Shown here: positions 8,571-14,855 of the stretch, in pieces
How positions within the stretch are numbered: position 1 is the stretch's first letter
How the letters are laid out: every line of letters begins with the position of its first letter
Origin: Candidatus Heimdallarchaeota archaeon B3_Heim
GTDB lineage: Archaea; Asgardarchaeota; Heimdallarchaeia; Hodarchaeales; Hodarchaeaceae
NCBI GenBank assembly: GCA_003144275.1
Contig: NJBF01000002.1
Span: forward strand, 103,239-135,238
Reading direction: 5' to 3'
Length of the DNA stretch: 32,000 bases
Program-made: the position numbers and the translations under genes
Notes under the pieces: generated by a model
Told to the model about the DNA's origin: nothing
Database searches by the model: none
The model's input: only the letters and a program-made list of their open reading frames with translations

Positions 8571-9464
8571 ATGGACACCTGGACCATCATCCTATTGCTA
8601 ATGTTCAGTTTATTGATTATTCTTCTTTTACTATTATTTTTCTCTAATCCGAATACTACCAGTATTTTGGGGATCCCTTTTCAGTTATTTGAAGCCCCTC
8701 GAAAGGTAGCAATCGGGGCGGTTAGACGCATTCGAAAGCGCAATTATATCGGCACAGGGGAATATTCAGAGGCGTTTTTAGTTGATGATATGGTTGTTAA
8801 ACGGAACCGAGAAAGGTCTTATTATAATCCCCGTCTCTATAAGAGAAGAGAATTTCTCAAAAAGTCCAAGGAGGAGATGAGTGGTGAATACAATCTCTAT
8901 ACACAATTAAAAAGTAAAAATTACACGCTGTTGCCTGAATGGATGCACCAATATCAGGGCACTAATGCTCGGTATTACTTGATCCGTGAACCCGCGAAAA
9001 TTCCTCTTCAGGAGGGCCAAGAAAAAAAATGGTTCCCTCAATGGCGAAAAAATGCTGTTTCACAAAAAGCATACAATAAATTCTCCCTAGAATTGTTTCA
9101 GATTGCTAGGGATCATGGACATTTTGAAGATCGACTTCAGCCTGGATTGCGAGAAGATGGCTCATTATTCCTGTATGATTTAGGTCATTTTAAAGTGCGA
9201 GAGACCCTTGGCCATGATCCTGAAGAGAGGGAATGGAAACGCCTGGAAAGCTACTATACAACAATGAATCGTCTAGATGGGTTGAGTGAACAAATCGAGC
9301 TTCCCTATACGATTCCTGACTTTGTCATCAATGATCATATTGGTTATTATAAAAGGGAAATCAGAGAACGAAAAGCCAAGGGCTATCCTAAAGGGATGCT
9401 TGAATATCACCAAAACGAACTTCAGAGATGGGAGCGAGTGAAACAGACGAAAGAAATAAGTTGA
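8571..9464 (+). CDS. Membrane-anchored protein-kinase-like protein
   Basis: N-terminal TM + SILGIPFQLFEAPRK; Gly loop YIGTGEYSEAF, VVK lysine, E in MSGEYNLY, then HFEDRLQP and LYDLGHF (DFG-like). Confidence 0.55.
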   Translation: MDTWTIILLLMFSLLIILLLLLFFSNPNTTSILGIPFQLFEAPRKVAIGAVRRIRKRNYIGTGEYSEAFLVDDMVVKRNRERSYYNPRLYKRREFLKKSKEEMSGEYNLYTQLKSKNYTLLPEWMHQYQGTNARYYLIREPAKIPLQEGQEKKWFPQWRKNAVSQKAYNKFSLELFQIARDHGHFEDRLQPGLREDGSLFLYDLGHFKVRETLGHDPEEREWKRLESYYTTMNRLDGLSEQIELPYTIPDFVINDHIGYYKREIRERKAKGYPKGMLEYHQNELQRWERVKQTKEIS

Positions 9465-9469
9465 TTAGT

Positions 9470-9529
9470 ATGCTTGACAAATTGAAGGCACTGATACCGC
9501 CCATTCCTTTTTTTAAAGTCTCTGTCTGA
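9470..9529 (+). pseudogene. Truncated array-leader remnant MLDKLKALIPPIPFFKVSV*
   Basis: ATG 5 nt after the kinase-gene stop; resembles the 7389 N-terminus (MFDRIKTFLPTIF); short protein-like frames continue to about 9791. Confidence 0.35.
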
Positions 9530-9863
9530 AAGCCGGTGAAGAACTCTCTCTGGACGCTTTTATTGAATATTGTAAGCAGCTCTTTGCTGATTAGCTTTTG
9601 AAATGAGTATGTATTACATAAACTAAAAAAATCTTGATCTCCCCTCTAATCTTTTTTCGAGCTAGCTTTACTTGGTAAATATCTGGGTATTTCGTCAAAA
9701 TCCACTTTTACGACGTTTTTATCAAAACTTAACGAAAGGGACGGTAGAGCAGGTTAGGAATTATGTAAAAGAGCTAGCGAATACGATTTAATTTTCCCCT
9801 GTTCTTTCCGAATCCTCTTATATCTCCTTTTACTCAGACATAATCTTACAATCTTAATCCTTG

Positions 9864-9891
9864 AATACAAGTTACAATAGGAACTTGTATT
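9864..9891. repeat. Perfect 10-bp inverted repeat with 8-bp spacer (28 bp)
   Basis: AATACAAGTT-ACAATAGG-AACTTGTATT, followed by a T-run. Confidence 0.85.
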
Positions 9892-9979
9892 TTTTTGTCT
9901 TCATTAATTATAAATATTTGGAGAACATAAAACTACCATACTTCATTAATGCCATGAGATGAGAATTGGAGGCGAATGG

Positions 9980-10183
9980 ATGTTATCTTATGAAGAATTC
10001 AAGTTAAGAGTGGAAACCCAGCTAAAGAAGAATCCCGATGGACTGACTTGGTCTGAAATCAAAGAGAATGAAAACCTTCCTCAGAAGTATCCAAACAATA
10101 TTTGGGTTAGAAAGTTAGAAGAAGACATTAAACTTAAAAGGGAAAGAGTACGAGGGAGAATGATTTGGAAGTTGGGTGAATGA
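9980..10183 (+). CDS. Small winged-helix DNA-binding protein
   Basis: LKKNPDGLTWSEIKE...wing RGRMIWKL; GGAGG 8 nt upstream of ATG 9980. Confidence 0.55.
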   Translation: MLSYEEFKLRVETQLKKNPDGLTWSEIKENENLPQKYPNNIWVRKLEEDIKLKRERVRGRMIWKLGE

Positions 10184-10232
10184 TTAAATTTTTCTTTCTA
10201 TTTTAGATATACTGATAAAGGATGTTGAATTT

Positions 10233-11042
10233 GTGTCAATGATAATTGAAGACTTAACAATTTTAGGCCGAGCTGCACCTGATTTAATGAAAAGTAAAAT
10301 GGTTAAAACATTTTGTGTTGCAGGATATTCTCCATCTAGGGGTTTCATTAGAGTGTATCCTACGTCTATTGATTGCCCTATGAAATTTTGGAACGTTGTT
10401 AGGGTTCCATTAGAGCGAAATCTTCAAGATAGTAGGTTTGAAAGCTGGAAAATTCAAGGTTCAAAATCCGAATGGGATAATCTTGATAGTAAAATCGAAG
10501 AAATTGGTACATATCCCAAAAAAGAAAGACGACAACTTGTTTTCAATCTTGTTGATGGTTGCCGTAATGATATTAACGATGCCCATAGGAGTTTGGGAAT
10601 TATTAAGCCCACAAAAATTAAGGGTTACTTTCAGGAACGAGAAAAAATATCAGAAAGCGAACAAAAAACTCTTTTAGACTTTTTAGATATTCCAAAACCT
10701 AAAAATCATTGGATTAAAACAAAAGCTGAATATCAATTCATACCTTATATTAAATATACTTGTTCTGACTGTAAATCCAAGCAAGGGTATCATAATCAAC
10801 AATTGCTTTCTATTGAAGCTTACGAATGGATGCGGAAACACCCTGATAATCTTGATCAACTTTGGGAGAATTTTCGAATCAATGATAAAGATTACGATGC
10901 ATATTTATTCATTGGTAATCAAGCTCGTCGTCGAAACGCGTTTATGGTAATTAGTATTTTGAGATTCAAAAAATCTAATTATTCATTGTCACGGACAAGA
11001 CCATTAATCCCTTGGAAAAAAGTAGAAAAACCCAAATCATAG
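10233..11042 (+). CDS. OB-fold-like protein of a family I associate with DUF488 loci (CxAG...IRxYP...DxRxES), with Cys/His cluster
   Basis: TFCVAGYS..GFIRVYP, VRVPLERNLQDSRFESWKI, SLGIIKP, YTCSDCKSKQGYH. Confidence 0.55.
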   Translation: MSMIIEDLTILGRAAPDLMKSKMVKTFCVAGYSPSRGFIRVYPTSIDCPMKFWNVVRVPLERNLQDSRFESWKIQGSKSEWDNLDSKIEEIGTYPKKERRQLVFNLVDGCRNDINDAHRSLGIIKPTKIKGYFQEREKISESEQKTLLDFLDIPKPKNHWIKTKAEYQFIPYIKYTCSDCKSKQGYHNQQLLSIEAYEWMRKHPDNLDQLWENFRINDKDYDAYLFIGNQARRRNAFMVISILRFKKSNYSLSRTRPLIPWKKVEKPKS

Positions 11043-11176
11043 TTGTAAAAAGGATCTTCAGACGGTCTTTAAAGAAGATGGATTGGCAAATTGTGAGTCG
11101 TCGCCAAACAAAAGCTCTAGATGATTTTTTAAATAATTCTAAACGAGAAATTAGAAGAGGAAGTGTGGTATCAGGA

Positions 11177-12250
11177 ATGAGAATTAAAATTACAAATATA
11201 GTTATACCGTGGTATGCACCACGTGAAGAAGTTGATAAGGAATTTCTTGGTGAATTAGCTGTAAGTATGGATAAGGATGGGCAATGGGATGATATAATCC
11301 TTCGTCATAATGAAGCTGGGGAATATGAACTCATCTCAGGTTTTCAAAGGCTTAATGCTGCGAAATCTTTGAAGTGGGAAGAAATTAATGCTAAAGTTCT
11401 CGATATAACAGAGAATGATGCAGCAGTTATGGCGTTAGAAAGTAATATTCTTCGTAGAGGATTAAAAGAGATTGAAGAAGGGAAAGCAATTCAGAAAATG
11501 ATTGACAAATATGGATATACACATAAACAGGTTGCAGAGAGATTAAGAAAAAGCCAAAACTGGATTAGTAATAGACTATCTTTGGCAATGGATATAACAG
11601 ACTTAGTAAAAAAGGCTATGATTGATCAAAAACTATCTGTTACTCAAGCCATTGAAATTGGAAAACTTTCAAAAAAAGACCAAGATAAATTTTTGGCCAT
11701 TGTTCTTAAGAAAGTTGAAGAAAACGATGGGAGGCCAATTTCTGTAGAAGAAACTAGAATTCTCCGTAAGCGTTTTACAAATGATACTATTTTTACAATT
11801 GGTTATAGTGGATGGGACATTGATGATTTTTTAAACACACTTAAAGATAATAAGATAGGTGTTTTAGTTGATATTAGAGAAAGTACAAAGTCCCAACGAA
11901 AACCTGAATTTAGTGGACGATTATTAGAAAAAAGAGTTAAGGAACTTGGTATAAAATACTTCGGTAGACCACAACTAGGGGTTCCTTGGGATATCCGTGC
12001 GGCAGTTTTTGAAAATGGCTTATCGTCTAATTGTTTTAAAGAATGGTACATTTGGCACGTTACAAAAAGAGACGAGAAAAACAAAGCATTTGAAACAGCC
12101 AGAGAATTAAAAGATGTTGGAGCTCCCGCTTTCATGTGTATGGAACGTTATCCAAAACCGAGCGGAAAACAGGAACATTACTGTCACCGTGACTTTTTAG
12201 CTGAATTGATACTAAAGGAACAAATCTTTGAGAAACGAATCGATTTATGA
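11177..12250 (+). CDS. ParB/Srx N-terminal + HTH + DUF488 fusion protein
   Basis: ParB core (ELAVSMDKDGQWDDIILR..YELISGFQRLNAAKSL..ALESNILRRGL), HTH (YTHKQVAERLRKSQNWISNRL), DUF488 (IFTIGYSG..FLNTLK..LVDIRE..RKPEFS..LG..FMCME..CHR). The ORF track start at 11012 is probably too early. Confidence 0.85.
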   Translation: MRIKITNIVIPWYAPREEVDKEFLGELAVSMDKDGQWDDIILRHNEAGEYELISGFQRLNAAKSLKWEEINAKVLDITENDAAVMALESNILRRGLKEIEEGKAIQKMIDKYGYTHKQVAERLRKSQNWISNRLSLAMDITDLVKKAMIDQKLSVTQAIEIGKLSKKDQDKFLAIVLKKVEENDGRPISVEETRILRKRFTNDTIFTIGYSGWDIDDFLNTLKDNKIGVLVDIRESTKSQRKPEFSGRLLEKRVKELGIKYFGRPQLGVPWDIRAAVFENGLSSNCFKEWYIWHVTKRDEKNKAFETARELKDVGAPAFMCMERYPKPSGKQEHYCHRDFLAELILKEQIFEKRIDL

Positions 12251-12294
12251 AATACATAATTCAATTTTGTTAATTGAAAGATTTTCCTTACAAA

Positions 12295-12543
12295 TCATCT
12301 CTCCCTTTTTTTTAATAACTCAATCATTATCTCAATCTGTTCTTTAAATTCTTCTAGCATTTCTGAACTTAACATTTCTTCTGATTTCCTTAAACGTATA
12401 TCCATTAGTCTCTCATAGCATCTAAAAATTAAAAAAAAATCATATATTGAATTCCATATCCCCTTTTTAATAAAATACCGATCGTTGTAATTTATTAGTT
12501 TTCTTAGAGTGTTTAATGGAAGATCAGGATCACTATCAATCAT
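12295..12543 (-). CDS. Hypothetical protein
   Basis: Open frame with ATG at 12543; no recognisable motif. Confidence 0.4.
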   Translation of the reverse strand: MIDSDPDLPLNTLRKLINYNDRYFIKKGIWNSIYDFFLIFRCYERLMDIRLRKSEEMLSSEMLEEFKEQIEIMIELLKKRER

Positions 12544-12585
12544 TTTTAATTTCTTTCTTGTAGTAGATCTAAGCAAGTTTTCTTA

Positions 12586-12634
12586 CCTCATCAAATGTGT
12601 TGAGGCATTAATTACCTCATCGATTGTGTTGAGG
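12586..12634. promoter_or_regulatory. Tandem palindromic sites CCTCA-N10-TGAGG x2 (putative operators)
   Basis: CCTCATCAAATGTGTTGAGG (12586-12605) and CCTCATCGATTGTGTTGAGG (12615-12634), 18/20 identical, in a divergent intergenic region. Confidence 0.55.
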
Positions 12635-12767
12635 TAATACTAAAAAAACGTTATGGTATCAATTTTCAAATTTTGAATAAAAAATATTCAACTTCATTAT
12701 TCAGTTCTTCTTATAAAAGAAAGGATCTTAAAATTGAATAGAGGAATAAAGGATTTGAGGGTTTTTC

Positions 12768-13367
12768 ATGGGATTAGATCTCTTTTTTTATCCTGAAGAG
12801 TTTGAAGGGCCATTTGTAGTTCTTGGTAAAGGCGAAACAAGATATGATAAGAGATTTCATCAATTCATTTCCTGTATGATAGTTTTAGATAGTAATCTGA
12901 ACTTAGTGAGATTATTTCCTATTGATATGGAGCGCTTTTCAACTTTTAAGGAATTTGATTTTGTTAAAGTAAGAATTGAAAAAAGGAACTACGAAAGCCA
13001 TAGACCAGAGACAAGAAAAATTTATCCTTCTACAATTAGATATTCCAAAGAAACGTTTCATTTCACTCTTCCCTTTGAAACAGGAGAAGTTCTACATGAT
13101 GGTAATTGGAAGAAGATGCACCGTTCTGTTGCCTTGATAAATCCACGAGAATTAAGAATAAGACAAAAATGGAATGAATATACTCGAATACAATACTTCT
13201 GTGATTTTGAGGGATGCAATGGGCATACAAACAAACTAGATGCATATACTTTTGAACAAGTGGCCGCTTTAGAAAGAGAAAATACAGCTATTGGTTTTGT
13301 TTTAGGTACACATGCAGGATATCCTCATAGATGGTTATTAGTCTCTGCAATACGAGCAGAAAACTAG
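12768..13367 (+). CDS. Divergent paralog of the 10233 OB-fold-like protein
   Basis: Collinear motifs VLGK/ILGR, VRLFP/IRVYP, HRPETRKI/SRFESWKI, SVALINP/SLGIIKP, YFCDFEGCNGH/YTCSDC..GYH, FVLGTH..WLLVS/LFIGNQ..FMVIS. Confidence 0.6.
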   Translation: MGLDLFFYPEEFEGPFVVLGKGETRYDKRFHQFISCMIVLDSNLNLVRLFPIDMERFSTFKEFDFVKVRIEKRNYESHRPETRKIYPSTIRYSKETFHFTLPFETGEVLHDGNWKKMHRSVALINPRELRIRQKWNEYTRIQYFCDFEGCNGHTNKLDAYTFEQVAALERENTAIGFVLGTHAGYPHRWLLVSAIRAEN

Positions 13368-13694
13368 CATAACCATATAAAAGATTCCTAGAAAAATTCT
13401 GGACCTAAAGTATAACATTCTTCTCAAAATTTTTAAATTATAAAAACTCTCCTTCTTCCTCTCCAATACTTCTTCGAATCCCTTTCCCATTATTCCAAGA
13501 GGGGGGAGGGAGGGAAGTTGATCCTGTAAAAATTGAATGAAATTCAAAAGAAACCTGTGACCAACTTCCACATAATGACGTTTTTCCTCTTATATAAACA
13601 CCTCAATAAAATTATAATGGAATAACCACTCTTTCCTATGGAAAATTATTTATAGGGCAATTTTCGTTCTAGCTGTTAGAACGGAAGCGATTTC

Positions 13695-13823
13695 ATGAGT
13701 GGAAGTGCAAAACTCGCTTATCTCGAACATCTTAGACAGGAAGAAAAGCTTCGGAAGCGAGAAGCCTATTGGGAAAAAATTTTTGCTCAAGCTCCCCCTC
13801 CAGCTAAGAAATCGAAATCCTAA
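13695..13823 (+). CDS. Small helical protein, 42 aa (not in ORF track)
   Basis: Manual translation MSGSAKLAYLEHLRQEEKLRKREAYWEKIFAQAPPPAKKSKS; more protein-like than the overlapping track ORFs. Confidence 0.45.
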   Translation: MSGSAKLAYLEHLRQEEKLRKREAYWEKIFAQAPPPAKKSKS

Positions 13824-13863
13824 TCTTCCCTTTCTTATTCTGAAAAAATCCAAGGAGTTTATT

Positions 13864-14355
13864 TTAGGGTTCAGTAGCAAATGGATCAATATAGGAGAGA
13901 ATATTATCTCTTTTCAGGGAATAATCCTCAAGAAGCTGCATAATCGTGATACTCTGAACACCTCCAAAATGAAGAAGGAATCTATGTTGTAAAAAGCGTC
14001 TTCGCGCCTCGCTAAATCCTTGAGGAGATATTAAAAAAGCGTATCGTGTATTAAATACCTCTGCATACATTTTAATTTGATAAATATCTGCAATTTTCAA
14101 TTCTTTATTTTTTACCTCAACAACGACTAAACGCTTATCTATAAAGCCGCTTTCTGATGGAACAAGCACATATCCCATAAGATCAGGTTTTTTATCCTCT
14201 GTCTCCAAAATGAACACTGAATGATCATCTAAGATCTTTTTAATCGAATCCTCAATTTTTTTGGAAGTAATCTCTAGAAAACATTTACCTATATTATTAA
14301 ATTTCTCCTCTAAAGCTTTCTTAATCGGCTCATAAAGTGCTTCTTCTTTTATCAT
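13864..14355 (-). CDS. PD-(D/E)XK restriction-endonuclease-like protein
   Basis: EEALYEPI..KPDLMG..VVEVK..IYQIKMY..YAFLIS: PD..ExK plus QxxxY motif. Confidence 0.7.
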   Translation of the reverse strand: MIKEEALYEPIKKALEEKFNNIGKCFLEITSKKIEDSIKKILDDHSVFILETEDKKPDLMGYVLVPSESGFIDKRLVVVEVKNKELKIADIYQIKMYAEVFNTRYAFLISPQGFSEARRRFLQHRFLLHFGGVQSITIMQLLEDYSLKRDNILSYIDPFATEP

Positions 14356-14382
14356 TTTTTTTTTCCTCTTAAGAGTCCTCTT

Positions 14383-14844
14383 TTAAAAATCATATTTCAC
14401 AAAATCAAATTCAGCAAAATTACGTTTAACTAATTTATTCAATTCGTTTCCAAAAGCATTAATGTCTTCTATTGGATTTATTAATTCTCCTCTTCTTATT
14501 AACTCCCAGATTGCTTGAGCAACATCATTCATTCGATTAATAATTGCAATTGATGGAGCCGTTAGATGAATACCTCTTGCAGAAAGATCGCCAAAATCAT
14601 CTCGAATAGGAATGAAAATACCTCCTTTTGTTGGAGGAATCTGTCGATTTGCAAATACAATACCTGGAAGATCTATTATAATTCTTCCAGAGACTTCGGC
14701 AATGATTTCGTCAATATCAGGGATATGAGAATAGAAAATATTCACCTTATCAGGTGGTCCAAAAATACCCAAAGTGAAGGTCTTTGCTATTTTCTTTCCT
14801 TTTGTTTTTAAAACAGTAATTGGATATTGTGTCCTATTAACCAT
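14383..14844 (-). CDS. Hypothetical protein
   Basis: 153-aa ORF co-oriented with neighbours; no motif recognised. Confidence 0.65.
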   Translation of the reverse strand: MVNRTQYPITVLKTKGKKIAKTFTLGIFGPPDKVNIFYSHIPDIDEIIAEVSGRIIIDLPGIVFANRQIPPTKGGIFIPIRDDFGDLSARGIHLTAPSIAIINRMNDVAQAIWELIRRGELINPIEDINAFGNELNKLVKRNFAEFDFVKYDF

Positions 14845-14855
14845 AATTAATCACT

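Noticed and set aside
12586-12634. Mini CRISPR array
   Set aside because: Only two 20-bp units with a 9-bp gap; no cas genes.
13338-13992. ORF-track ORFs 13338-13571(-), 13650-13889(-), 13699-13992(+)
   Set aside because: Low-complexity or overlapping frames without RBS support; the 42-aa ORF at 13695 fits better.
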